This document shows positions 18,701 to 26,659 of a stretch of DNA of 64,000 bases, piece by piece (position 1 is the first letter of the stretch; every line of letters starts with the position of its first letter). The DNA comes from a virus (taxonomy: Duplodnaviria; Caudoviricetes). The notes below the pieces were generated by a model, which was not told where the DNA came from, ran no database searches, and saw only the letters and a list, made by a program, of their open reading frames with translations. The DNA lies in IMG/VR virus record IMGVR_UViG_2509276065_000002, positions 50,119-114,118 of that record, one strand, 5' to 3'. The position numbers were made by a program, and so were the translations under genes.

Positions 18701-21456
18701 GCGGCCTTGCCAGGCGCGTAACCGGACAGGTTGATCGACCCGCCTCGCTGGATGGTGGTTTGCAGATGCTTGATCTGCTCGTCGAGTTGCTTGACTTCCT
18801 CGGCCATCCGCGCGGGATTTTCACTGCCGTGCGCGAACAGACCACCAATGATGGGGTTGTTCCGGAAGTACTCGATCCGGTTTTGCAGGTGCTCACGGCG
18901 TTCGACGAGCTTCCCGAGGTGCTGGAAGACGTCATTGTCGAGTTTGGTGCCGTCGATTTCGTTTTTGTTCAGCCACTCGCCGAATTCCGGCAGGCCACCC
19001 GACAGGCGCGACAGGAAAGCGTTGAGTTTCTCCAGGGCGTTGTTGAGTGGACCCACGAAGTTCTTGGTCATCAGGGCACCCAAATCTTCGATGTTGGCTT
19101 TCAAGGTCGCCTGCTGCGCTTCGAGGTCGTCACTGAACTGCGCGCTGTAGCGGTTGAGGGCGCCTGAGCTGTTCTCGATCTCGTGGCCCAGCGTCCGCCA
19201 TTCACCGCTCAGGTTGAGCACCGCCCGCGCACCCTGGGTGTCCATGATGTTGTTGACTGCCGCGAGCGCCTCACCGGTCCCTTCGAGCTTCCCGGTGGTT
19301 TCGTTGTAAGTGATGCCCAGGCTGGACAGTTTGGCGCTCAGGTCCTTGATGATGTCCCCGGCCGGGCGGATGTTGCCGTTGGAGTCGATCACCGCGATAT
19401 TCCACGCCTGCAGTTGCTTGGTGGCTTTGGGTGTGATGTCCGACAAGGCCGCCAGCGCGGAATTCAATCCGTCCGCGCCGGTATCCGCGGCACTCATGCC
19501 TTTGTTGTCCAGTTCGACCAGCATGCCGAGCAAGTCGGACATCTCGATTTTCGCCTGGAAGGCCATCCCGGCGACTTTGTTGAAGCCCGTGAAGAGATCC
19601 GTGGCGGATCCGGCCGCGAGACCGCCGGCTTTGGCGAACATGTCCCCCACTCGCGCGGCCTGTTCCGTTTCGAGGTGGTACTGGTTGATGGCTTTGAGCA
19701 GCATGCCGGACTGTTCGGTCAGGTTGGTGCCTTCCACGAACGCGAACTTGGTGGAGACACCCAGCACGTTCATCGCTTCGGACGCGCTGGCGCCCGCCTT
19801 GACGGTATCGGCGAGTGCGGCGGCCAGGCCGCTCTTGCTGAACGTTCTCGCGGCGTCATTGCCGCTGTTTTTCAGTTGATCGATGCGGTTCTCGATCATC
19901 GTGAGGTCCGTCACGCCACTGTTCGCGAGGGACGAGAAGGACTTCTGCATGACCTTGTGCTGCTCGATGCCGATACGCGCGAGGCTCCCGAGCGCCAGGG
20001 CGACACCGCCGATCACCGCGGCACTCGCCGCGAAGCCAATCGCGAGTTTTGCTTGCCCGAGGGCAGCTTGCCGGGCGACCGGGTCGTGCTCCTTGTGCGC
20101 TTCGATCAGGCTCTGCACGTGCCCAGCCGCGCCTTCCGCAGCGCCACCGAGACCCTCCGCGGCCACTTCGGTCGCGGCGGCCGCCCCGACGCCCTGCTGC
20201 GCGGCCTGCGGGAGGGCCTTGCCGAGCTGACCGGTGACTTTCTCGAGGCTTTCCGACAGACCTTCGATCGCTCCTCCGGCCAGCACACCCCCCGCCAGTC
20301 CTGCCACACTCTGGGTGCTCGTGCCCGGTCCGTGCATGGGCCGGTTGGCCCCGTCACGCGCGGCGTCCGCGAGGAACTGCCCGGCCCGGCGTGCTTCGTT
20401 CGTCTGCGACAGGATGCCTTTCACGTACCCGGACGCGGCGAATTCACCCACGCGGTACATCACCTGCGAAGGGGATTTGATCTGCAGGCGCTCACGGATG
20501 GCGTCCTCGATGCTGCCCCCCATCCGGCGCGCTTCCGCGCGAATGTCATCCATCTGTGAGCGCAATCCGGCCAGCTGACCTTGCCCGGCTGCCTGTCCGA
20601 CTTCCTGCCCGGCCTGGCGGGCTTCTTTGCTTTGCGCGCGGAACTCCAGCCACAACACCCCGAGTTGCTCGGCGAGCTGCCCGAACATCCCGAGGGATCC
20701 CAGTGCGCTCAGGGCTCCCCGGTGAATGCCGTCCGAGAAGCCACCGGGCGTGTTGATACCCATGGCGCTGTCCGCGTTGGTCTGCGCGACCCGCGCGACT
20801 TGCGTGAAGCGCTTGTACGCGTCGCTGGTGTGATCGAGCGCCGCGGCACTCTCCAGCGCCCGGCGACGCACGTCCTCCTGCAACTTCACGACTTGCGGGC
20901 CGTTCAGCACGCCACTCTGCCACAACGAACGGTACGCGGCTGCTTCGTTGGCGAGTGCGGCGGTCGCTTCGCGGGCCTGGCGCGAACGCAGCTGGTACTG
21001 CTGGGCGCTCTGCTGCGCGCTGAGTCGCTCTTCCGCGGTGCGCAGCCGCACGGCCGCGACTTGCTTTTGGGTTTCCGCTATGGCCGTGGCACCGTTGAGT
21101 TTCACGGCGGCTGCTTGCCGTTGAAGTTCCGCGGTGCCGGCCCGCAAGCTGCCCGTCGTGGCGTCGTACTCCGCGCGGAGGGCTTTGGCGCCGAGTCCTT
21201 GTTCCTTGAGGGCCTGGCGGGTCTGCGCGTCGAGTTTACGGCCCTCCAGGCCTTGCTGACGGAGGGAATCACGGGTTTCCTGCGCGAGCTTCCCGGTTTC
21301 CACCCGAGCGTCCTTGATGGAAGCAAGACCGTCCGAACCGACCCGTAACGTCAGTTTCTGAGCGTCGAGTTCCTTCTGGATCGCCGCGACATCCCGCATT
21401 AAACCGGTTTTGTCCGCTCCTGTCTCCGCGATCAGGTCACCGAGTTTCCCGAGCAT
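12754..21456 (-). CDS. tail tape measure protein with NlpC/P60 domain (2900 aa)
   Basis: Long Ala/Gln/Glu-rich helical ORF after the chaperone genes; IKSPSQVM motif; TP901-like core; ECAKWV...GDLVFY...HVGIYVGNG. Confidence 0.93.
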   Translation of the reverse strand: MLGKLGDLIAETGADKTGLMRDVAAIQKELDAQKLTLRVGSDGLASIKDARVETGKLAQETRDSLRQQGLEGRKLDAQTRQALKEQGLGAKALRAEYDATTGSLRAGTAELQRQAAAVKLNGATAIAETQKQVAAVRLRTAEERLSAQQSAQQYQLRSRQAREATAALANEAAAYRSLWQSGVLNGPQVVKLQEDVRRRALESAAALDHTSDAYKRFTQVARVAQTNADSAMGINTPGGFSDGIHRGALSALGSLGMFGQLAEQLGVLWLEFRAQSKEARQAGQEVGQAAGQGQLAGLRSQMDDIRAEARRMGGSIEDAIRERLQIKSPSQVMYRVGEFAASGYVKGILSQTNEARRAGQFLADAARDGANRPMHGPGTSTQSVAGLAGGVLAGGAIEGLSESLEKVTGQLGKALPQAAQQGVGAAAATEVAAEGLGGAAEGAAGHVQSLIEAHKEHDPVARQAALGQAKLAIGFAASAAVIGGVALALGSLARIGIEQHKVMQKSFSSLANSGVTDLTMIENRIDQLKNSGNDAARTFSKSGLAAALADTVKAGASASEAMNVLGVSTKFAFVEGTNLTEQSGMLLKAINQYHLETEQAARVGDMFAKAGGLAAGSATDLFTGFNKVAGMAFQAKIEMSDLLGMLVELDNKGMSAADTGADGLNSALAALSDITPKATKQLQAWNIAVIDSNGNIRPAGDIIKDLSAKLSSLGITYNETTGKLEGTGEALAAVNNIMDTQGARAVLNLSGEWRTLGHEIENSSGALNRYSAQFSDDLEAQQATLKANIEDLGALMTKNFVGPLNNALEKLNAFLSRLSGGLPEFGEWLNKNEIDGTKLDNDVFQHLGKLVERREHLQNRIEYFRNNPIIGGLFAHGSENPARMAEEVKQLDEQIKHLQTTIQRGGSINLSGYAPGKAAAAQEGASKLVLDTSFKALTSKATTAIVDECAKWVRQTLGLAYKGSEKAIDEMFRKKPDMVNGKLMPTARSAADNFKEAGLLKPYRGKEELKEGDLVFYTSNGQNHVGIYVGNGYVRGNNRVTNAKTGGRDARGDVAIGALGNPTSYVRQGDYAAHLNLKFPSATPTSKYTPDKTGAPSAADANARTTALAKLEQQLRALIKAEQTLSGAALTKNLGQQRALITQFEKQGGDVKRLRENLSDYEKGLKSAGTAAEVFRSRFEDLSLSAKAGDITQGQYLTGLQKLQRELDAARKKTALSADATRDLTRVYTQVKDAQQGLLPTGADGLSNRLKDLQRNFNAGRLGDVDGQGRQAYAGGLSKLLTEAQAAYAATGNKGSQSAKDLLDVIINLQGAQKSLNKENKEYVLTTADWNKQRARATDLAQRSLKIEERGTEAQKLTLRGEIERYVKTNDAQRAAFDFARDLARKTEQLQDQADQRDVNRANLQKQLNRELAQGRLSDAQATLRQLEAAREASLAGEKKNAAQRLIIERESSQAILNARLSIAARTRDAAIKAARDEANARRTEQNKLYDGKTPQSILKGIQQVEDAAVATARTTYTTETRIARDEATKRVIIAKEAAREETDQRSRGIEEAIQKYARLRRAIDELAQAGEFSGDKKAALLEQLQSLRRELSGKGLDTAPAVAAVDKLTGAFFHHGERASELAAQEKGVADAFEYLAKNVGAADDHLNRRPIMDSVKVTLDDLNRLLPDAAMNFDAVSAVIDELGSKSGLAADELARLKTEALGMAEEGANSVIRGLAGTLTDQVAQLADLTESGAFQQLSVQSRSKLRAYLDDLRTQLQQAYANLPNPYADGGPLAITRPGERDAGRASVDALVKVQAAQEALARLGTASEDEIGGIIATVTNLMADENTWAGLSDRLKKALTDGLADAEERYGQFAERLKNTSLDARAAGFVPGQDSQRKPEPGAGIAGAFEAGLRVDLGGMTEEELRAYSERMQDLADRTRNLAGAEQIAQKATERLAEAQRQLDERLAVRLGLVNLQQQTLEQQHSAGLLSERAYLDQRETLALEAERLRFQGEEQQLERDHASQARRELALSQHQANLSGITRSGNTDRERLAQQHAATMQDLLRAAEEQDLESRRSAGQLSERQYLVERERLQLQAAAATRDRELQAAQSNTQLRVEAEQRYQNEVKRITSQGLTARTELERKHQQTLASLNRERRSDALEARFRQHLISERDYQAQREALALESARAEYEAAVQGGTDELEAREKFENERLRITQEGIEARQALYLNEFDRIIQGFTAVANVLDKITGGSLSKLAGAASSSFDAFKSFASGDIVGGITSTLNAVEQLGDFITDSLNPGLREYQERMRSIASDQRSAAGLSGGAFENPFKKALEAEAAKRDTLANAGFWQRLGWQAFGGAPQVLSEEAAKLQIKAAEIFANLGTTISNTLDSALMDGFLTGDFSKAEAAFDKSINTFIAKLLIQTMITQSKLAAEMKRFSEWLAHAMQDGVLDASERANVKAWGRYFKSQGRVISDASKEVLSELDGFGSEVQQQLYDVQGEVSGALQSSITNAFETGDWSAATDTFKKSINTLVAKVITETVVAQSKLAARLEDFKHWYASAMRDGVLDEAEQRQMEGWGDHFQDLGEQALKDARLAVGQLEGAKRTWQTKAGEIFNDLSGSIKNSLESALVDGFFKADFSEVGVAFEKTLNSFLAKMAIQALLAQSQIQELMDGYAQNYAYAMRDGLIDAQEQTNLDAWVDAIRSEGKRVLNLGGGLLSGLPGYGSEKQETAGADSIAYWREQASQAQGRFEKATSDAERDRARRDLQDAQDRIKRLEGEERDSPTPTDLFGAMPDLGISAIDSSLLRGFDAFGSEYVPKVIRSAELMERAAEYLSGGIRVAVPDAPGRGVSMMTSIDASGMRFERGSELIEQAARYLADSLRGGLHVILSDGEGERRYDARPALSDVYRG

Positions 21457-21457
21457 G

Positions 21458-21952
21458 TCACCCTCCTTTCCCTGCCAGTTGAATGCGTTCGAACGCGCGG
21501 CTGAGCGGCAGACCGTCCTCAGTGGCCGGCAAGCTCGCCATGAAATCCCCGTTGAGCAGGCTGGCGTTCATCGCGAGAGCCAGTCCACGCGCCACGGCCG
21601 GGTGAATTGGGTACGGCGTGATGGGCGTCGGCATGGAAGACGTGACGCTCGTTTCTCCTCGCTGGAAGGGGAACGGCACGGCTTGCTTCTCGCCTTGCTC
21701 GATGATTTCTCGTGCGATGGTTTTGATGTCCTTGGCGAAGCCGAGCATGCCGAGCTGCCCGCTGGTGACACTGCGCGCGAAGGCGCGGCGTTCGCGGTCA
21801 CGCAGACGTTCATGTAAAAAGAACAGCTGATCGAGCGGCATGTCGTACCAGTCGGTAGCTGGGTCTTCGAGGTTGAGGTCGGCAAAAATGACCGGGAGGT
21901 CCGGACGAACGAGCTGCTTCAGCTCTCCGGAACCTCCTCCTGGGGTTTTCCC
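21458..21952 (-). CDS. tail assembly chaperone GT extension, reached by -1 frameshift
   Basis: The -1 frame from GGGAAAA (21946-21952) is open and continuous with the MPLDQLFF ORF. Confidence 0.75.
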   Translation of the reverse strand, partial: GKTPGGGSGELKQLVRPDLPVIFADLNLEDPATDWYDMPLDQLFFLHERLRDRERRAFARSVTSGQLGMLGFAKDIKTIAREIIEQGEKQAVPFPFQRGETSVTSSMPTPITPYPIHPAVARGLALAMNASLLNGDFMASLPATEDGLPLSRAFERIQLAGKGG

Positions 21953-22299
21953 TTGTCACCTGACAGCACCGCACTCTGCCATTTCGTCACGTCACGCGGG
22001 CCGCATTTGCTGATGAGTTCCTCCACGCTGGCGGGGGCGTTGCTGCCCATGCGGCGTTGCAGCATCCGCAGCAGCAACGCCCGGTTCGCTTCTTTCGCTT
22101 GCAGCTTGGACGCCTGGATTTCTTCGGGTGTGCCTTTCTCCAGTTCGACGGGCAAGTCATCCCACGCGTCGATTTCGGCGTAAGAGAAACTCAGGTACGG
22201 CACGAACAACTCACCCAGCCAATGGCCGTACTTGCGGTTCGGGCGGCCATTGGCGGCTTCCACGGTGCGTTCACGACGGGTGTCAGTCACAAGGTTCAC
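21919..22299 (-). CDS. tail assembly chaperone (gpG-like)
   Basis: Lies between tail tube and tape measure; ends just after a G-GGA-AAA slippery site. Confidence 0.75.
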   Translation of the reverse strand: MNLVTDTRRERTVEAANGRPNRKYGHWLGELFVPYLSFSYAEIDAWDDLPVELEKGTPEEIQASKLQAKEANRALLLRMLQRRMGSNAPASVEELISKCGPRDVTKWQSAVLSGDKGKPQEEVPES

Positions 22300-22604
22300 T
22301 CCTGAAAAAGGGATTCTGGTGTTATCAGGCGCGTCAGGGTCAGCGCGCGATGCAAAAACGGGGGTTCGTTGCCGCCATACCCTCGCCGTAAAGCCGGCAC
22401 GACGACCCGCACGGCGTGCGGCATGGACACCCAGCGACGCGAGTCGGGATGTTCCATGTGAAGGGCGCTGAGTTCGGTGTTTTCTGTGAGGTCGTAGCGC
22501 GCCAGGAACGCCAGGGCTTCCAGGCGGTCCGGGTGGAGCGTGACACCAAAAAGAACCAGCGAAGGCGCTTTGCCTTCGCTGCCGAGAAACAGGACATCGA
22601 TCAT
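22296..22604 (-). CDS. hypothetical protein (102 aa)
   Basis: Translationally coupled to neighbours. Confidence 0.55.
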   Translation of the reverse strand: MIDVLFLGSEGKAPSLVLFGVTLHPDRLEALAFLARYDLTENTELSALHMEHPDSRRWVSMPHAVRVVVPALRRGYGGNEPPFLHRALTLTRLITPESLFQE

Positions 22605-22605
22605 T

Positions 22606-23223
22606 TCATGGGTACTCCCGCAGGTAGGCTTGAAACTCGTCAGCCGTTTTGGGACCTTTACGCTGGTTGCAGTTCAGACACGCCAGGACGATGTTGTCGA
22701 GATCGTCTGTGCCTCCGCGAGCTTTTGGCGTGCGGTGGTCAACGGTAGGTCGGGACAGCCCGGCGAAATCGAATGGCCGCTGGCAGTAGTAGCAAAACCC
22801 TTGTTGCCTTCCGGCGATCACGATCAAGTCCCGGCTCTTGTAGGGCCGGGACGCTCTCGCTCTACTTTCCTTCGCACGAACCACCTTTGCTCGGTCGCGC
22901 CGGACAGCCGCTTCGGGAGATACAGCGCGATTTCTGCTCCGCTCCGCCTTTTGCTGACGATTTTGGTAACTCCATCGCTGGTTGTATTTCCGCTTGGCTT
23001 CTTTTTGGTCCTCGCTCCGATTGGCTCGACGGGAATGGTAGAGTTCAGGATTGTCGTGATACCGGGTGCTGGCGGCTGTTCTCGCGGTCGCTTGACGACA
23101 AGGAATGCAGGGGGAGCAGAAGGTCGGCCCTCCCGATTTCTTCTTTTCCTGATAGAAATGCTCGGTTGTCGCAGGAAAAGACTGCCCACACTTTCGGCAC
23201 AACTTCAGCGTAAAATTTGACAT
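22606..23223 (-). CDS. HNH endonuclease, homing-type
   Basis: N-terminal CxxC...CxxC; CYYC...TVDHRTPKARGGTDDLDNIVLACLNCNQRKG; lower GC than flanks. Confidence 0.9.
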   Translation of the reverse strand: MSNFTLKLCRKCGQSFPATTEHFYQEKKKSGGPTFCSPCIPCRQATARTAASTRYHDNPELYHSRRANRSEDQKEAKRKYNQRWSYQNRQQKAERSRNRAVSPEAAVRRDRAKVVRAKESRARASRPYKSRDLIVIAGRQQGFCYYCQRPFDFAGLSRPTVDHRTPKARGGTDDLDNIVLACLNCNQRKGPKTADEFQAYLREYP

Positions 23224-23258
23224 GTCCGGGCGCCTCACCGCCCGGACTAATTTTATCA
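23224..23258 (-). promoter_or_regulatory. extended -10 promoter plus RBS-containing hairpin for the HNH gene
   Basis: TGaTAAAAT (23250-23258) then GTCCGGGCG-GTGAGG-CGCCCGGAC abutting the ATG. Confidence 0.6.
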
Positions 23259-23323
23259 TTTTCGGCGCTGGGACGGTCTTTAGGCTTGCCTCCCCTGCTG
23301 GCCCAGAAACAGCGCGTCGATCA

Positions 23324-24064
23324 TCAGGCGCCTGCGAGCGCTCCGACTTCTCTCCACTGAGGGTTGGCGTCGTTGAGGTTCGTCCAGTACAACTTGCCGC
23401 TCAGGTTGGCGCTGAAGGTGCTGCGCAGCGAGCCCGCCCCGCCGCCCTTGCTGGGCGCGCCGATGTTCACTGTGGCGAGCAGCGCAAAACCGTCGGTGTA
23501 CCGGAAGATCAACCGCGCGCGGTTCCCGGGGCTGAGTTGCGTGCCGAGTTCCGTGAGACGCAAGACGATCGGGTCGTCGAGACCTGCGACCATGGTGATG
23601 GTCGCGGTGAGGTCCTTCCCGTTCACGACGCGAATCGGTGTGGCGCGTCCCATCACGGTGATGGTTTCCTCGTCGTCCGTGATGGCCGGGTTGCTTTCCT
23701 CCGCGTTCGGCACGGTGAGGTACGAATCGTAAGTGGCGGCGGCGTTGAGGGCCACCGGAGCGGGCGCCGCGACGATCGGCACGTTCGTGGCCGCAGCAGT
23801 GAGGGCGACCGGGTACGCGCCGGCAACGACCAGCACTACCCCGTTGAAGTCCAGACGGTCACCCGGGTAGACCGTGACGTTCGGCGCGGCCGTCAAGCTG
23901 GCCGTGACCGCTCCAGCAGCGACTGCGGCGGCAGCAGTGAGGGTGCTCGTGACGAACTGCAAGGTTTCGAGGCGACGCAGCAGGTACGTCTGCATCAGAC
24001 GGTTGGAGTAGACGCGTGGGGTGTTATCGACGGGAAGTACGGCAGGAATCACGTCTTGGGGCAT
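23324..24064 (-). CDS. major tail (tube) protein
   Basis: Position between neck genes and chaperone; strong RBS; beta-rich C-terminal half. Confidence 0.75.
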   Translation of the reverse strand: MPQDVIPAVLPVDNTPRVYSNRLMQTYLLRRLETLQFVTSTLTAAAAVAAGAVTASLTAAPNVTVYPGDRLDFNGVVLVVAGAYPVALTAAATNVPIVAAPAPVALNAAATYDSYLTVPNAEESNPAITDDEETITVMGRATPIRVVNGKDLTATITMVAGLDDPIVLRLTELGTQLSPGNRARLIFRYTDGFALLATVNIGAPSKGGGAGSLRSTFSANLSGKLYWTNLNDANPQWREVGALAGA

Positions 24065-24123
24065 GCTTGTTCTCCTCCGAAAGGATGGCCGTCAAGGACC
24101 AGGAGTGAGGGTGTCAGGACGGG

Positions 24124-24330
24124 TTACTTGACTTTGCAGGCGTCCGGGTCTTCCGCCAGGTACGCCCGAGCGGCTTCCTCGTTCTTGGCGGTGACCCGCC
24201 AGGTGTTCCCACCTTCCTTGACTTCCAGCAGCACCCCGCCCGTGTCGAGCTCGGTGATTTTGCCTTTCGCGCTGGGCGCGCTGGTTTCGCTGCTTTTGGC
24301 GGGCGTGGCGGGTTCTTGTTCTTTGGTCAT
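24124..24330 (-). CDS. hypothetical protein (68 aa)
   Basis: GGAGG RBS before MTKEQEPAT. Confidence 0.6.
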   Translation of the reverse strand: MTKEQEPATPAKSSETSAPSAKGKITELDTGGVLLEVKEGGNTWRVTAKNEEAARAYLAEDPDACKVK

Positions 24331-24353
24331 GGGTGGTTCCTCCAGCAGTGGAT

Positions 24354-24767
24354 TTACGAACTCTGGTACTGAATCAGCACGCGGATGCTGCCGTAGATGG
24401 TGTTGCCATCCGGATCGTCGAAGAGGGGCTCGTCCGTGCCGACGGTGGTGGCACCCGGAATGACCCACAATCCCGGATGCCGGTCGATTTCGCGGGCACG
24501 TCGGCGCAAATGCGCCATGACGATGCTGAGCGACTGACGACCCGCGGCGGTGCGCGGAAAGCCGTACAGCATCACCTGCACGGGTCGCGTGCGGACCTGC
24601 AGGCCGTTCAGGGTTTCCAGGGTGGGCAGGCCGGGGCGTTCGATGGTCAACGCGTACGGCATGCCCGCGGGCGGGAGGGGGTGAGGTGGCCGGAAGCTGG
24701 TGGTGTTCCCGGCGTCATCACGTGCCAGCTGCAAGCCGAGGTCGTACAGGAGCCGGTCTAGAGTGAT
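24354..24767 (-). CDS. tail terminator / neck protein candidate
   Basis: Synteny; start ambiguous (TTG 24734, or ATC 24767 behind a GGAGG). Confidence 0.55.
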   Translation of the reverse strand: MTLDRLLYDLGLQLARDDAGNTTSFRPPHPLPPAGMPYALTIERPGLPTLETLNGLQVRTRPVQVMLYGFPRTAAGRQSLSIVMAHLRRRAREIDRHPGLWVIPGATTVGTDEPLFDDPDGNTIYGSIRVLIQYQSS

Positions 24768-25195
24768 GCCACCACCTCCTTGATCTTCCGGTGCAGTCGG
24801 GCGTGCAGTTCGTCATCCGCGAGGGCTTTGCTGAGCCAGCCTCGGGAGCCGTGCTCGGAGTCGCGTTTGACGGGACTGCCCGGTGGTGAGGGGTACTCGA
24901 GCGCCCAGGCTTCCACGGGCACCGGGGCGATCTCGTTGAGCGCCCCGACGGCCCACATACCGTTGAGGCTGCGCTGGCTTTTCCCGATGGACGCGAGCAA
25001 AGCGCCACTCTGCTCGGCCGGGTAATCGCCCGGTGACGAGGACGGGTTCGGCAGGCCCGGCCAGTGCGTACCGCTGCCCGGACCGGAGAGTCTGTCGAGC
25101 AGGAACGACACGAATTCCTCCGCGATGCCTTCACCGACTTTGTCGAGCGCGCGGTCGAGTTCACGCTCCAGGTGCGGGTTGGGTTTAAACGCCAT
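24758..25195 (-). CDS. neck protein, HK97 gp10-like
   Basis: PAEQSGALLASI, WALEY and SRGWLSKAL segments; synteny. Confidence 0.65.
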   Translation of the reverse strand: MAFKPNPHLERELDRALDKVGEGIAEEFVSFLLDRLSGPGSGTHWPGLPNPSSSPGDYPAEQSGALLASIGKSQRSLNGMWAVGALNEIAPVPVEAWALEYPSPPGSPVKRDSEHGSRGWLSKALADDELHARLHRKIKEVVASL

Positions 25196-25616
25196 GCCGC
25201 GCTCCGGGTGCGCGGCACAGCACCTGCCACGCCACGCCGACCGTGCCGAGATCGTTGGCGTCTTCGAGTGGACGCAGGCGCAATCCGTTGCTTTCCAGCT
25301 CGAAGCCGGGTGTGCCGACGGGTGCGTCTCCGAGGAGTAACACCAGCCAGAGGGGCGCGTCGATGTCCGCGAAATCCCCTCCATACTCCCGGCGTTCGCG
25401 GCCTTGCAGTTGGTACGCGTAGCCGCTGACGCGCACGCTGGCCGCTTCCGGCGCGGGTGGCTGGAGGATGGTGTTGCCGGACGCGTCCACCTCCTGGGGC
25501 GCGTCGTTGTTGGTGGGGGCAGCGCGGTGCACCTTTACTCCCGGCGAATTGAGGGCGTCAAAGATGACGCGCAGTTCCGGGACACTGAGCGCCTGAATTT
25601 CGGTGGGAGTGAACAT
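25185..25616 (-). CDS. head closure / adaptor protein candidate
   Basis: Synteny; coupled start and stop. Confidence 0.5.
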   Translation of the reverse strand: MFTPTEIQALSVPELRVIFDALNSPGVKVHRAAPTNNDAPQEVDASGNTILQPPAPEAASVRVSGYAYQLQGRERREYGGDFADIDAPLWLVLLLGDAPVGTPGFELESNGLRLRPLEDANDLGTVGVAWQVLCRAPGARHGV

Positions 25617-25963
25617 CACCCCACTCCCCAAGGTTCGATGACCGGCGCTGGATTCGCGCTGCCCGGACTCACCACTTCCGCCCGGCTGGCGCGGTCGCGC
25701 AGCTGCGCGGCGCGTGACAGCCAGAACGGCGCGGAGGCCTGGAAGTCAATCTTGATCGGACCGACCTCCAGCGCCTTCACGCGTTGCGCGTTCGCGGCGA
25801 GATCATCAAGCACTGCCGCCGCGACGAGATCCTCCCGGCCATGCACCCGCAGGGCTTTTTCGAGGTTGAGGCGCTGCTCGGCGGGCAGCGCGGTGTACGC
25901 CGACCAGCCCACGCCCCCCACGTGAACTTCAATCGCGTCGAGTTGCTCTGCGCTGAGCGCCAT
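25616..25963 (-). CDS. head-tail connector candidate
   Basis: Synteny after the capsid gene; VGPIKIDF motif. Confidence 0.55.
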   Translation of the reverse strand: MALSAEQLDAIEVHVGGVGWSAYTALPAEQRLNLEKALRVHGREDLVAAAVLDDLAANAQRVKALEVGPIKIDFQASAPFWLSRAAQLRDRASRAEVVSPGSANPAPVIEPWGVG

Positions 25964-25974
25964 GACGCACCGCC

Positions 25975-26610
25975 TTACTGCGAAGCGCTCGGCGCGAACT
26001 CACGGAGTTTCGTGACGGTGCCTGGGCCGACATCGTCGAGGGTGCGCAGTTCCTCATCTGTCGCGCGCGCGAGGGCTTGCTTCCCGACGAAGCCCGCTTC
26101 GATCAGGCTCTTGCGGGCGTTCGGGGTGAGTCCCTCGGGCAGGAGCGGACCGAGCGTCTGGAACTCCGCGAGTTGCCCTTCGAGGGTCCTCACCTTCTCG
26201 GCGTTGCCGTCACGTTGCTTTTGCGCCGCGTCCAGGCTGGCCTGCAAGGCGCGCAGGGCGGTGTCGCGTTCATCGAGCTGCCCTGCGAGAGTCTGCAGTT
26301 TGCCGTTCAGCTGCTGCACTTCACCGGTAGCGTTTTTCAGTTGCGTCTGAAGCTGCAGGGCTTTGCGTTCAGCCGCGCTGGCTTCCACTTTCGCTTCGGT
26401 CGCTTCGGGATTACGGGCCGCTTCGATCTGCTCGGCGTCCGCGACGAAGCCGTGCGTCAGGTAATGACGCACTTGTGCTTCGTCGACCTGCTGCTGATCG
26501 AAGGGCGTGCCGGGCTGCAGCCAGGCGCTGCCGGTCCAGAGGAGTTTCGTTACGACGAGTTTCTCTGGAATGGTGGGCGCGTCCGTGGCCGCTGGGTTGG
26601 GTTGAGTCAT
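25975..26610 (-). CDS. coiled-coil protein with C-terminal helix-hairpin-helix
   Basis: Heptad central region; ATDEELRTLDDVGPGTVTKLRE HhH motif. Confidence 0.7.
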   Translation of the reverse strand: MTQPNPAATDAPTIPEKLVVTKLLWTGSAWLQPGTPFDQQQVDEAQVRHYLTHGFVADAEQIEAARNPEATEAKVEASAAERKALQLQTQLKNATGEVQQLNGKLQTLAGQLDERDTALRALQASLDAAQKQRDGNAEKVRTLEGQLAEFQTLGPLLPEGLTPNARKSLIEAGFVGKQALARATDEELRTLDDVGPGTVTKLREFAPSASQ

Positions 26611-26659
26611 GGCCGTCCTTTTGGTTGAGGCGTGAGAGGGCGAAAGGTCGAAAAGCGCG

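Noticed and set aside
2273-21348. Many long plus-strand ORFs, e.g. 6240-8852, 17749-19167 and 19183-20559
   Set aside because: Antisense shadows of real minus-strand genes, expected from high-GC codon bias; no motifs or RBS
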